Source: Candidatus Diapherotrites archaeon CG10_big_fil_rev_8_21_14_0_10_31_34 (GTDB taxonomy: Archaea; Iainarchaeota; Iainarchaeia; Iainarchaeales; 1-14-0-10-31-34). From it: DNA of 47,021 bases. Each line of letters starts with the position of its first letter. Within the stretch, counting starts at the first letter, position 1. Below, piece after piece: positions 16,232 to 25,036 of this stretch. The position numbers and the translations under genes were made by a program. The notes beneath the pieces were generated by a model that worked only from the letters and a program-made list of their open reading frames with translations, ran no database searches and was not told the DNA's origin. The stretch lies in the NCBI GenBank assembly GCA_002763225.1, contig PFAI01000028.1, positions 1 through 47,021 of the forward strand, read 5' to 3'.

Positions 16232-16978
16232 TTAGTATCTTTGATTTGATGAACTTTCTCTTCTGTTTGTTGGACCGTCTCTTCTGTCTGAAGTACTGTC
16301 TCTTCTAAGTTGTTTTCCGCCTTTTTTTCCTCTTCTTTTTGCTTCTGCAGTCCTTTTTTCTTTTAGTAATTCTTCTTTTCCTTCTTTTATTTTGTATTCA
16401 AAGTCTTCAACTGTTACTTTGAATTCTTCTTCGTTTTTTATTTCTTTTCTTTCAGTTAAAGTTTTTTTTGCAAGCATCCAGTAAACTAATGCAAGGCTTT
16501 TTCTTCCTTTGTTGTTGACTGGAATAATTAAATCAACATCTTTTGTGTTGTTGTTTGTTGAACATAAGGCTATTATTGGTATTTTCAGTTTTTTTGCTTC
16601 TTTTATTGCCTGAAAATCTGAATCTGGTTCAGTTACAATTAATAAATCTAATTCAAGAAATTTTTTTCCTTCTGGATTAGTAAAGCTTCCTGGAATAAAT
16701 CTTCCAGTTAATGCTTTTCCGCTTGTTGCTTGAGCAAACTGAATTACCGGAGTTTTTCCGTACAATTTTCTTGATGCAACAATTATTTTGTTTTTATCGT
16801 ATTTTGAAATAAATTTTGATGCTATTTCTATTCTTGAGTCAAGTGTTTGAATATCCATTACTTTTAATCCATCATCTCTTCTTTTATAAATATATTTTTT
16901 CATTCCGTCTGTTTTGTATTTTGTTCCAATATGGGCGCCTGTTTTAAGGTATTTTTCTGAGTCAGTACTTTCATTCAT
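16232..16978 (-). CDS. rps2: 30S ribosomal protein S2 (charged C-terminal tail)
   Basis: YLKTGAHIGT, GRFIPGSFTNP, IPVNNKGRKSLALVYW. Confidence 0.98.
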   Translation of the reverse strand: MNESTDSEKYLKTGAHIGTKYKTDGMKKYIYKRRDDGLKVMDIQTLDSRIEIASKFISKYDKNKIIVASRKLYGKTPVIQFAQATSGKALTGRFIPGSFTNPEGKKFLELDLLIVTEPDSDFQAIKEAKKLKIPIIALCSTNNNTKDVDLIIPVNNKGRKSLALVYWMLAKKTLTERKEIKNEEEFKVTVEDFEYKIKEGKEELLKEKRTAEAKRRGKKGGKQLRRDSTSDRRDGPTNRRESSSNQRY

Positions 16979-16988
16979 TTTTTATCCC

Positions 16989-17183
16989 TCATTTGCTGTA
17001 TTTTATTATATCGTCCATTAAATCTACGTGGCTTAAAAGCATTCTTCTGCAGCAATATCTGTCTATTCCTAAACTGTTTAATATTTCTTCTGCGTTTTCT
17101 CCTTTTGAAACTCTTTTAGCAAATTCTTCGTAATATTCTCCTACAACTTTCCCGCATGAAAAGCATCTTACTGGAATTATCAT
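16989..17183 (-). CDS. rpoN: RNA polymerase subunit N (Rpo10)
   Basis: [12 protein letters not shown]...RYCCRRMLL; start moved to ATG 17183 after the GAGGTGA SD. Confidence 0.97.
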   Translation of the reverse strand: MIIPVRCFSCGKVVGEYYEEFAKRVSKGENAEEILNSLGIDRYCCRRMLLSHVDLMDDIIKYSK

Positions 17184-17190
17184 TTTCATT

Positions 17191-17910
17191 TCACCTCTTT
17201 GAGCTCTGCTTCTTTTTTCTTGCTTTTGTTCCCAATGGTTTTTTTGGTTCAACTCTTCTGTGGTCATCAACCATCAATAATCTATCATATTTAATGTATT
17301 TTTCTTTTAGTTTTTTGTCGTTAGTGTATTCAACTATTGCTTTTGCTATTGCGCTTCTTGCTGTTACTGCTTGGCCCATAAAGCCTCCGCCTTTTACATT
17401 GATTTTAATGTCTGTTTCTTTTATTAAATCTCCGGCCAGTTTTATTGGCTCTAAAATCATTTCTTTAACATAATATGGCTGAACAAATTCGATTTTTCTT
17501 TTGTTTAAAGTTATTTTTCCTGTTCCTGTTTTGATTACTGCTCTTCCAATAGCTCTTTTTTTCTTTGATTTAATCATCATTCCATATTTTTTGCTTCTTT
17601 TTGCCTTTTTTTTCTTTTTTTTTGATGGTTCTGTTTCTTCGTCTTCTGTTGCTTTTTCTTTCATTTCCTCAAATTCTTTTTTTATTTCTTCTTTTTTCTT
17701 TTCCTCTTTTTTTTCAACTGGTTTTTCTTTTATTTCTTTTTTATTTTCAGCAGGAATTTCTTTTTTAAGTTCTTTTGTTTTTTCTTGTGTTTCTTTTTTT
17801 TGGGCTTCTTCTTTTTCTTTTTTAACTGGTTCTTTTTTTGTTTCTTCTATTTTTTCATTTGTTTTTGATGAAACTTTTTCTAAAATTTTCTTTTGTTCTG
17901 TTTCAGTCAT
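17191..17910 (-). CDS. rps9: 30S ribosomal protein S9 with ~110-aa Lys/Glu-rich N-terminal extension
   Basis: [28 protein letters not shown]...KQSSKR. Confidence 0.96.
   Translation of the reverse strand: MTETEQKKILEKVSSKTNEKIEETKKEPVKKEKEEAQKKETQEKTKELKKEIPAENKKEIKEKPVEKKEEKKKEEIKKEFEEMKEKATEDEETEPSKKKKKKAKRSKKYGMMIKSKKKRAIGRAVIKTGTGKITLNKRKIEFVQPYYVKEMILEPIKLAGDLIKETDIKINVKGGGFMGQAVTARSAIAKAIVEYTNDKKLKEKYIKYDRLLMVDDHRRVEPKKPLGTKARKKKQSSKR
17863..17890. repeat. AT palindrome copy inside the rps9 5' end
   Basis: TTTTGAT-GAAACTTTT-TCT-AAAATTTTC; encodes KILEKVSSK. Confidence 0.7.
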
Positions 17911-17914
17911 TTAA

Positions 17915-18334
17915 TCACCATTTTGCTCCAAGCAATTTGCTTATTTCCCCTAATTGAACTGTTTTTTCGTTTGTCTGGCTTTTTGCTTCTTTTATTTCAA
18001 AAAAATCTTTTTTGTTGAATTCTTCTGGTTCTCCAATATAAACTTTAAGTTTTTTTCCTGCTTCTTTTCCTCTTTTGTTTTTTTTGGGAAGCATTCCTGT
18101 TACTGCTTTTTTGAATAATGCATCAGGTCTTCTTGGGTATTTTGGGCCATAATTTGGGTTAGAATGAACTGAAGCATCAACTTTTTTCTTGTATCTGCTT
18201 AAAATAAATTCTTTTGATCCGGTAATTAATACTTTTTCTGCGTTAACTACCTCAATTTTTTCCCCGTTTAAGAGTTTTTCACTTATTTTTGATGCAAGTC
18301 TTCCTAATATGAGTCCTTTTGCGTTTATTATCAT
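17915..18334 (-). CDS. rpl13: 50S ribosomal protein L13
   Basis: GLILGRLAS, VNAEK, GPKYPRRPD, GMLP; ATG 18334 after GGTGA. Confidence 0.97.
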   Translation of the reverse strand: MIINAKGLILGRLASKISEKLLNGEKIEVVNAEKVLITGSKEFILSRYKKKVDASVHSNPNYGPKYPRRPDALFKKAVTGMLPKKNKRGKEAGKKLKVYIGEPEEFNKKDFFEIKEAKSQTNEKTVQLGEISKLLGAKW

Positions 18335-18343
18335 TTTATTCAC

Positions 18344-18700
18344 CTATTTTACCAGCATTAATTCTTTTGCGTCAATTTTGATTGCTTCCTCTAAACTTAA
18401 TACTTTTCCGTTTTTTGCTTTAATTTTTTCTGCTGCTGTTTCAGAGAATTCTAATGCAGCAACATTTAATTGTTTTGTGATTTCTCCTTTTCCCAATACT
18501 TTTCCTGTAACTAAAAAAGTTTTATTTTGGAATTTGTTTGATAATTTTTCTATTTTCCATAAGTTTATGCTTAATCTTTTTCTTCTTGGAGCGTTTATTC
18601 TGTCAGCTACTTCTTTCCATATCTTTTTATTTTTTCCTTCTTTTTTTAGAAAGGAAATTAATTTTTTTGTTTTTTCTTTTGTTGGTCCAGTTCTTTTCAT
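18344..18700 (-). CDS. rpl18e: 50S ribosomal protein L18e
   Basis: IWKEVA...PRR...INLWKI, GKVLGKG, VAALEFS. Confidence 0.96.
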   Translation of the reverse strand: MKRTGPTKEKTKKLISFLKKEGKNKKIWKEVADRINAPRRKRLSINLWKIEKLSNKFQNKTFLVTGKVLGKGEITKQLNVAALEFSETAAEKIKAKNGKVLSLEEAIKIDAKELMLVK

Positions 18701-18736
18701 TTTTATCACTTTATTTTTGGAAATTTTTTATTTTGT

Positions 18737-18816
18737 TTTTGATTAAACTTTTTTCTAAAAGTTTTTAGCAGTGTTATTGAAAATAGCACGCTCTCTTCGC
18801 GCGAGCAGGCGCGAAG
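18737..18816. repeat. AT palindrome plus GCAGT-led hairpin module downstream of tRNA-Leu (variant D)
   Basis: TTTTGATTAAACTTTTTTCTAAAAGTTT, then GCA-GTGTTATT-GAA-AATAGCAC and CTTCGCGC-GAGCAG-GCGCGAAG. Confidence 0.7.
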
Positions 18817-18817
18817 A

Positions 18818-18979
18818 TGCAGGAGGAGAGATTCGAACTCTCGAAGGCACTAAGCCACAGGATCGCTTAAAACATTAAAATAATGTTTTTGCCCAAGCAA
18901 ACTTTTTTGATACAACTTTTTTTCTAAAAAGGTTGTGTTTTCTTAAGTCCTGCCCCGTTGACCGCTTGGGTACCCCTGC
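18818..18979 (-). tRNA. tRNA-Leu(TAA) with a 78-nt intron at 37/38 (18864-18941)
   Basis: GCAGGGG acceptor pairing with CTCCTGC-A, CAGGA-CT-TAA-G^intron^A-TCCTG anticodon arm, long variable arm, GAGAG-TTCGAAT-CTCTC T arm, perfect bulge-helix-bulge; no encoded CCA. Confidence 0.96.
18905..18936. repeat. AT palindrome copy inside the tRNA-Leu intron
   Basis: TTTTGAT-ACAACTTTTT-TTCT-AAAAAGGTTGT. Confidence 0.8.
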
Positions 18980-18985
18980 ATTATA

Positions 18986-19558
18986 CTATTTTGTGCTTAA
19001 TGCTTTTCTTAACCCTTCTGTTTTTTCTTTTATTTCTTGTGCTGCTTGAATTAAGATTTCTTTGGGTTCCATACCTCCAAATGATTCTAAATTTATTGTG
19101 AATAAATCTTTATCGTAATTATAGCTTAGTACTCCTGAAATCCATTTTGTGTGGGTTTTTCCTGAATCAACTACTGCATCCATTTCTGCTTTTAGTTTTT
19201 GACCTTTCCCTAGTTTTAATATTGGAATTTTTTTGTCTACTACTTCTATTTTTGGGTCAGTGCTTCTCACGTCTTTTGAGTAAACTGTACAAGGCCCTTC
19301 TTTTTCTATCATTAATGTCACTTTGTCTTTTGTTTTGTATGTTTTTGGGTCTCCTTGAATTGGAAGCATTCCCATTCTGTGTGAAAGCATTTCATTGAAC
19401 ATTACTGAAGTGTTTTCATAAATATTTATTGAGTCTACTGCAAAGCTTTTAACATTTGTTTGAATTGCTCTTCTTATGCCGTTTACAAATGCAGGGTTAG
19501 TGCCTTTTAATTGGAATTTTATTTTTCTATCCCCTTTTTTTATTTGTTTTATTTCCAT
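18986..19558 (-). CDS. rpoD: RNA polymerase subunit D (Rpo3), short form without the Fe-S domain
   Basis: FVNGIRR, ENTSVMFNEMLSHRMGMLP, EGPCTVYSKD, HTKW. Confidence 0.96.
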   Translation of the reverse strand: MEIKQIKKGDRKIKFQLKGTNPAFVNGIRRAIQTNVKSFAVDSINIYENTSVMFNEMLSHRMGMLPIQGDPKTYKTKDKVTLMIEKEGPCTVYSKDVRSTDPKIEVVDKKIPILKLGKGQKLKAEMDAVVDSGKTHTKWISGVLSYNYDKDLFTINLESFGGMEPKEILIQAAQEIKEKTEGLRKALSTK

Positions 19559-19569
19559 TCAATCACCAA

Positions 19570-19953
19570 CTACTTTTTCTTTCCTCTAAATCTTTTCTTT
19601 TTTCTGCATCCATTGTGTGGCAGTGGAGTAACATTTTCTATTGTTCTTATTCTTAATCCTGCTCTTGTTAAACTTCTTATTGCTGCTTCTGCTCCTTGTC
19701 CAGGGTTTTTTGATCTTATTCCCCCTTGACCTCTTACTTTAACTATTACTTCTGTTATTGATTTTTCTTTTGCTTTGTCTGCTACTATTTCTGCTACTTT
19801 CATTGCAGCATAAGGGGATCCTTCTTTGTGTTGTGCTTTTACTACTACTCCTCCGGAACATTGTGCTATTGTTTCTTGTCCTGTAATATCAGTCAATAAA
19901 ATTATTGTGTTATTATGTGATGCATAAATATGAATTATTCCTTTTTTGCTCAT
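19570..19953 (-). CDS. rps11: 30S ribosomal protein S11
   Basis: HIYASHNNT, SPYAAM, PGQGAEAAIR, VTPLPHNG. Confidence 0.98.
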   Translation of the reverse strand: MSKKGIIHIYASHNNTIILLTDITGQETIAQCSGGVVVKAQHKEGSPYAAMKVAEIVADKAKEKSITEVIVKVRGQGGIRSKNPGQGAEAAIRSLTRAGLRIRTIENVTPLPHNGCRKKKRFRGKKK

Positions 19954-20720
19954 TTTTTGTCTCCCTCTTTAGGTTTTTCTTCAGTTTTTTGCTCTTTTTT
20001 TTCTATTGGCTTTTCTTCAACTTTTTTCTCTTCTTTAACTGGTTTTTCTGTTTTCTTTTCTTCTTTTTTTTCATCAATTTTTTCTTTTTTGATTTCTTTT
20101 GGTTTTTCTTTTACTTCAACTTTTTCTTTTTTTTCAATTGGAGTTCCTTTTTTCTTTTCTTCGATTTTAAAAACTTTTTCTTCAAAAGAGGATTGTTTAA
20201 AATCTTTTTTGATTTCTTTTGTTGGTTTTTCTGTTGTAAGTTTTAATGCTTTTTTGTAGTAAGTTATTTTGCTTTCTTCTTCTGCTTTAACTATACATGA
20301 AGGGGTTTTTACTTTTTTTCCGTTTATTGCAATATGCCCGTGTACAATAAATTGTCTTGCTTGTTTTGGGGTGTTTGCCATTCCTTTTCTCCAAATAATT
20401 GTTTCAAGTCTTCTTTCAAGGAATTCTTCTATTTTTAATCCTAATACATCATCTAATATCGCGTTTCCTTTTAGTATTCCTATTGCTTTTAGGCTGTCAA
20501 GCAATTCTTTTTCTCTTTTGAGTCTTTTTTCTAATTCTAATGCTAATAGTTTTCTTGCATTCTGTCTTTTCTTTTTTAGCATTTTTTCTGTCATCCAAAG
20601 CTCTTTTTTGTTTTTTAATCCATAGTCTTCTTTTAATTTTCTTTCTTCTTCTAGCCTTGTGCTATCCCAAGGTTTTCTTGGTCTGCTAAATTTACTTTTT
20701 AATTTCTTTGGATCTCCCAT
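19950..20720 (-). CDS. rps4: 30S ribosomal protein S4 with Lys/Glu-rich C-terminal extension
   Basis: MGDPK, YGLKNKKELW, LERRLET, QARQFIVHGHI. Confidence 0.97.
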   Translation of the reverse strand: MGDPKKLKSKFSRPRKPWDSTRLEEERKLKEDYGLKNKKELWMTEKMLKKKRQNARKLLALELEKRLKREKELLDSLKAIGILKGNAILDDVLGLKIEEFLERRLETIIWRKGMANTPKQARQFIVHGHIAINGKKVKTPSCIVKAEEESKITYYKKALKLTTEKPTKEIKKDFKQSSFEEKVFKIEEKKKGTPIEKKEKVEVKEKPKEIKKEKIDEKKEEKKTEKPVKEEKKVEEKPIEKKEQKTEEKPKEGDKK

Positions 20721-20730
20721 TGTTATTCAC

Positions 20731-21198
20731 CTATTTTTTTGCATCCTTTTTTTGTACTCCTACTGCTGGTCCTTTTCCTCTATGAGTTGATTTTGTTTTT
20801 TGTCCTCTTACTGTTAACCCCCAGCCTCTTCTTAGTCCTCTGTAACTTTTTATTTTGCTCATTCTTTGATGGATGTTTCTTTCATCAAAATCTAAATCTG
20901 CCATTATTAAGTGTTTGTCTTCTCCTGTGTCATATTCTTTTTGTCTGTTTAAGTTCCATAAAGGAACCTTGAATTTTTCCGGGTTTAATACAATTTCTTC
21001 TAATTTTTTGTCTTTGTCTTCTGGTAATTCTCCCATTTTTGAATCCCATTTTATTCCTGTTTCTTTTTCAAACATTTTGGCTATAATTTTTGCTATTCTG
21101 TGGCTTACCCCTTTTATTTCCATTAATGCTTTTGGGATTTTTGATTTTCCATTTAAATCTTTGTTTGCTATTCTTACTATTAATCTTAATTCTGCCAT
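20731..21198 (-). CDS. rps13: 30S ribosomal protein S13
   Basis: IVRIANKDL, IKGVS, SYRGLRRGWGLTVRGQKTKSTHR. Confidence 0.97.
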   Translation of the reverse strand: MAELRLIVRIANKDLNGKSKIPKALMEIKGVSHRIAKIIAKMFEKETGIKWDSKMGELPEDKDKKLEEIVLNPEKFKVPLWNLNRQKEYDTGEDKHLIMADLDFDERNIHQRMSKIKSYRGLRRGWGLTVRGQKTKSTHRGKGPAVGVQKKDAKK

Positions 21199-21202
21199 TT
21201 AA

Positions 21203-21379
21203 TTACACCTTTTTTATTTCTTTTGTCGGATACAAATGCCTGATGTTTATTTTTCCTTTTTTTACTTCTTTTCCTTCTACAAAAGCATAGTTTCCTTTAA
21301 CTGAAGTTACAACTACTTTTTTTCCTGTTTTTCTTCCTTTTCTTATAATACATATTCTGCCTGAATCAATTAACTGCAT
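21203..21379 (-). CDS. rpl14e: 50S ribosomal protein L14e (short, absent from the ORF track)
   Basis: Manual translation MQLIDSGRICIIRKGRKTGKKVVVTSVKGNYAFVEGKEVKKGKINIRHLYPTKEIKKV*; KOW motif; canonical position after cmk. Confidence 0.92.
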   Translation of the reverse strand: MQLIDSGRICIIRKGRKTGKKVVVTSVKGNYAFVEGKEVKKGKINIRHLYPTKEIKKV

Positions 21380-21383
21380 AATA

Positions 21384-21896
21384 TCACTCTTTGTGCATTT
21401 TCTCCAAATATTTTTTTATTATTCCAATTATACTGTCTTGTTCTAGTTTGTCAATGTTTACAACTAAATCATAAACTTGTAAATCATAAATATTTATTCC
21501 ATAATTATTCAAAAAACTTTTTTCTTGTTCTCTTTCTTTCATTTCAATTGAGTCTATTGCTTCTCTCATTGGAATTTTTTGTTTTTCTGAAATTGTTTTT
21601 GCCCTTATTTTTTTATAGGATTTCAAAAAAACTTTTAAATCTGCATTATTTATTGTCCATGCTCCTAATGTATGGTCAATTATTATATCGTTTTTTTTGG
21701 CTTCTTGTTCTATTATTTGTTTTATTTTTTCAGTGAATTCTTCTTCTTTTATTTTTTCTATTGGCAAGTTTGTTTCTACTGCAATTCTTTTTTTTATTTC
21801 ATTAGCTGAAAAATATCTTAATCCTACTTGTAATGCCAGCAATTTGCTTAGTTCTTTTGTTTCTGTTCCTGGAAAGCTTGTTATTGTTATAATCAT
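21384..21896 (-). CDS. cmk: Cytidylate kinase homologue with a degenerate P-loop
   Basis: Canonical position between L34e and L14e; ADLKVFL, RA, YGINIYDLQVYDLVVN; P-loop reads SFPGTETK. Confidence 0.8.
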   Translation of the reverse strand: MIITITSFPGTETKELSKLLALQVGLRYFSANEIKKRIAVETNLPIEKIKEEEFTEKIKQIIEQEAKKNDIIIDHTLGAWTINNADLKVFLKSYKKIRAKTISEKQKIPMREAIDSIEMKEREQEKSFLNNYGINIYDLQVYDLVVNIDKLEQDSIIGIIKKYLEKMHKE

Positions 21897-22234
21897 TTTA
21901 TCATCTCAATCATTTGTTTTACATAGTTTTTTGTTTTTAGTTCCAAGTCTTGTTCTTTTTTTTCTTTTGAAATTATTTTTATTGCTTCATCTGTTATTTG
22001 TGTTCTGCATTTTGAACATAACATTCCTCCAAATGCTACTGAAGGCCTTTTTTGTGTTTTGCTTAGCTTACTTATTTTTCCAATTGATTTTGAGTGTGGT
22101 GTTCCATGCAGTACGTTTTTGCATAATGCACATGCATGCTTTGCTTTTTTTTCTTTGGTGTAATACGCCTTGCTTTTTCCTTTAATGCTTTTTCTAAATT
22201 TTTTTTTCTTGTTTTTGTCTTTTGGTTGAGTCAT
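21893..22234 (-). CDS. rpl34e: 50S ribosomal protein L34e
   Basis: CALC...LHG, SKTQKRPSVAFGGMLCSKC. Confidence 0.95.
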   Translation of the reverse strand: MTQPKDKNKKKKFRKSIKGKSKAYYTKEKKAKHACALCKNVLHGTPHSKSIGKISKLSKTQKRPSVAFGGMLCSKCRTQITDEAIKIISKEKKEQDLELKTKNYVKQMIEMIK

Positions 22235-22247
22235 AAAATCCCTTTGT

Positions 22248-22703
22248 TTATTTCATTTCACTTTTTTCTACTGCTTTCATTATTAAATTAAATACAATGC
22301 TGAATCCAATGCTTGAAATAATATACCATACAATGTGCGGCGGAAAGAAAAATTGCGGCACAATCCAGCCAAATACATTAAATGTTTCTTCTTTGTATGC
22401 ACTTACAAATAAATAAAATATTGGAATTATCACTATAAAGGATGCAATCATGAATTTTTGCATTCCTTTAAACATTTCTTTCATGTCATGCATTAATTCC
22501 ATATTTAATTTTTCTGCTTCTTTTTTTGATTGTTCATCTCCTTTACTCATTAATTCTTTTAATTTTTTTTGTTTTTCTTTCATGCCATCTTGTTTTGCTT
22601 TTTGTGCTTTTTTGTCCATTAATTTTCTTTGCAATGCCTGAGAGATTACCCCTACAAGTATTGCAAGAAGAGTTATGTCTATTACTGCACTAAATACAAC
22701 CAT
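22248..22703 (-). CDS. DUF106 / EMC3-TMCO1 (Oxa1 superfamily) membrane protein
   Basis: TM-coiled coil-TM-TM layout, WYIISS motif, position after secY. Confidence 0.88.
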   Translation of the reverse strand: MVVFSAVIDITLLAILVGVISQALQRKLMDKKAQKAKQDGMKEKQKKLKELMSKGDEQSKKEAEKLNMELMHDMKEMFKGMQKFMIASFIVIIPIFYLFVSAYKEETFNVFGWIVPQFFFPPHIVWYIISSIGFSIVFNLIMKAVEKSEMK

Positions 22704-22793
22704 AAAAAATTCACTTTAAAAAATTTAATTAAAATCACGTAAAAAAGGTTTAACACTTATTATTTTATTTAACATCATAGTTTTAAACCTTGT

Positions 22794-24149
22794 TTAACCC
22801 CCAAATAATTTTTTCATTAATGGATTTGTTTCCATTAACTGTTGTTTTGCTAATTCTTCGTATAATCTGTAAACAATTCCTACTGTCAGTAAGATTCCTG
22901 TCCCTGATCCTAATGCACTTGTTAAATCTGCTAATCCTGCTAATAATCCGACAAAAATTGAACCTAAAATGGTGATTGGAGGAATATATCTGTTTAAAAT
23001 GCTTTTAATTATTCTTGGGTCTCTTCTGAATCCAGGAATATACATTCCTGATTTGCTTAACTGGTTGCTTACTGCTTCTGGTCCTTGTCCTCCCATTTCA
23101 ACCCAAAATCTTCCAAATACCACACAAGCTAATAATAAAATAATCAAATAAACTATTGCATGGAATATTTTTGGTAATGCAGCACTTAATCCTGAATAAG
23201 CCAGTGTTTCAATTAAATCATATGGTACTGTTACATAAAATGCAATTGTTTTCATTATTGGTCCAATAAATTCTCCTATAAAAGGTATTCCTGGAGAAAT
23301 TATTGCCCATAACTGTATGTTTGCAAATAATGCTACAGCTAAAATAACTGGAATATTTGAAACATATAATAATTTTACAGGAAATCTTCCTCCTGTTCCT
23401 CTTCGCCCCATTGTAATTGGAATATTTACATGCATTCCTTCAGCATAAACTACTACAAAGAATACTGTTAATGTTGCAATTACTGGCAGCAGCATTAAAA
23501 AATTTATTCCTGTTGCAAAAGAAGCAATAAACTGCCAGATTATTCCTGTTGCCTGCCCTGCGCTTTCCGGAGTTCCAATTGCAAAAGCTCTCCAGAAAAT
23601 TGATTCTGATACTCCTCCTGCAATAAACAATCCAATTCCTGAACCTATTCCATATTTTGATACTACTTCATCTAAATACAATAATATAATTGAACCAAAT
23701 GCAACCTGAAGTATTACAAATCCAGCCATTCCTTCTGATGGTAAAAGCATTCCTGAAATAGTGTAAACTCCTGCTTCAAAAAAACATAAAACTACTGCAA
23801 ACAGTTTTTGTAAACCAGAAAATCTTGCTTTATCTTTTGGATTTGATAAATCAATATTAATTAGTTTTCCTCCTACAAGCAGCTGAAGAATGATTGAAGC
23901 CAAAACAATTGGGCCGATTCCAACAGTAATTAATGTCCCGATTTTTGAAGCCAAAATTACCTGTAAATTAGTTAGAGCTCCTGCAGATGACGGGTTTATC
24001 CCGATTACTGCAATGTTTCCCATTACAAAAAACAAAACTAAAGCTAATGCACTCCAAAGCATTTTTTTCTTTAATGGGGGAGCTATTTCTGGGACTTTAA
24101 CTTCTGGCAGCATTCTGTAAACAGGCTCTAGTATATCTAGAATACTCAT
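22794..24149 (-). CDS. secY: Preprotein translocase SecY
   Basis: GIGPIVLASIILQLL, GIGSGIGLFIA, PVKLLYVSNIP, IPGFRRD, GTGILLTVGI. Confidence 0.98.
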   Translation of the reverse strand: MSILDILEPVYRMLPEVKVPEIAPPLKKKMLWSALALVLFFVMGNIAVIGINPSSAGALTNLQVILASKIGTLITVGIGPIVLASIILQLLVGGKLINIDLSNPKDKARFSGLQKLFAVVLCFFEAGVYTISGMLLPSEGMAGFVILQVAFGSIILLYLDEVVSKYGIGSGIGLFIAGGVSESIFWRAFAIGTPESAGQATGIIWQFIASFATGINFLMLLPVIATLTVFFVVVYAEGMHVNIPITMGRRGTGGRFPVKLLYVSNIPVILAVALFANIQLWAIISPGIPFIGEFIGPIMKTIAFYVTVPYDLIETLAYSGLSAALPKIFHAIVYLIILLLACVVFGRFWVEMGGQGPEAVSNQLSKSGMYIPGFRRDPRIIKSILNRYIPPITILGSIFVGLLAGLADLTSALGSGTGILLTVGIVYRLYEELAKQQLMETNPLMKKLFGG

Positions 24150-24559
24150 TTAATTTTGCCCCCTAATTCTTCTATTTTTTCTTTTGCTTTTTCTACTGCC
24201 TTAACATTTGTTGTTTCAATTTTAATTGTTGTTTGGCCTCTTCCAAGGATTTTGTCTAACCCGCATTTTTTTCCATCTACTATAAAAACATCATTATTTT
24301 TTTCAACTAATTTTTTTTCTAGTTTTTTGTTTAAATATTTTTCTAAATCAGCTATATTTACTGCGTCTCCTTTTTGTTTTGGCTTTAATCTGATTTTTAC
24401 TCCGAATTCAGTGTAATATTTGCTGAATTTGTGTTTATGGCTTCCGGCTTTTCCTACTCCTCCTCTGACTCCTGCTCCTCTTCTGTTTTTCGTGTCTCCT
24501 TTTCCATGAGATCTTTGTCCTCTGAGCTTGTTTGTTTTTTTCTGTCTTCTTACAACCAT
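24146..24559 (-). CDS. rpl15: 50S ribosomal protein L15
   Basis: RGQRSHG...RGAGVRGGVGKAG, KILGRG, KIEELGG. Confidence 0.97.
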   Translation of the reverse strand: MVVRRQKKTNKLRGQRSHGKGDTKNRRGAGVRGGVGKAGSHKHKFSKYYTEFGVKIRLKPKQKGDAVNIADLEKYLNKKLEKKLVEKNNDVFIVDGKKCGLDKILGRGQTTIKIETTNVKAVEKAKEKIEELGGKIK

Positions 24560-24568
24560 TTTTACACC

Positions 24569-25030
24569 TTAAACCATTTTGTTAATTAATTTGTTTATTT
24601 CTGTTGCCCTATAGCCTAATGCACCTCCAATAGAATAAGCTTTTTTTATTCCTGCTCTTTCATATCCTTTTTTTGGAGGTTTTAACCTGAACACAGGTTT
24701 TATTTCTAAATCTTTTAATTGAATTTCTTCTTTGATTATTTTTTCTGCTAATTCCTTAAATGAATTAATCTTTTTTTCTTTTAAGTATTCTATTAATACT
24801 TTTTTGTTCCCTTTCAAAAAAGCTCTTTTTGAGAGAACTTTTTCTAAGGTTTCAGCTTCTATTTCTCCGTAAGTTACATAGTCTTTTACTTTTTCAACCA
24901 TTTTTTTCATTTGCTTTTTTTCTGAAATCAAAACCAAATGGTTTACTCTGAATAACCTTAGCATTTTCATTGTATCGTTTATTTCGATTTTTGTTCTAAT
25001 GCTTCCTCTAACTCTTATTACTGCCAACAT
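24569..25030 (-). CDS. rpl30: 50S ribosomal protein L30
   Basis: AVIRVRG, KVKDYVTYGE, FRLKPPKKG, GGALGYR. Confidence 0.97.
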   Translation of the reverse strand: MLAVIRVRGSIRTKIEINDTMKMLRLFRVNHLVLISEKKQMKKMVEKVKDYVTYGEIEAETLEKVLSKRAFLKGNKKVLIEYLKEKKINSFKELAEKIIKEEIQLKDLEIKPVFRLKPPKKGYERAGIKKAYSIGGALGYRATEINKLINKMV

Positions 25031-25036
25031 TTTTTA

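Noticed and set aside
17184..17270. N-terminal extension of RpoN given in the track
   Set aside because: Overlaps rps9; the SD and conserved MIIPVRC start indicate ATG 17183
24827..24853. Palindrome-like TTTTGAGAGAACTTTTTCTAAGGTTTC in rpl30
   Set aside because: Weak stem, lacks TTGAT, and lies in the conserved core of L30; probably a codon coincidence
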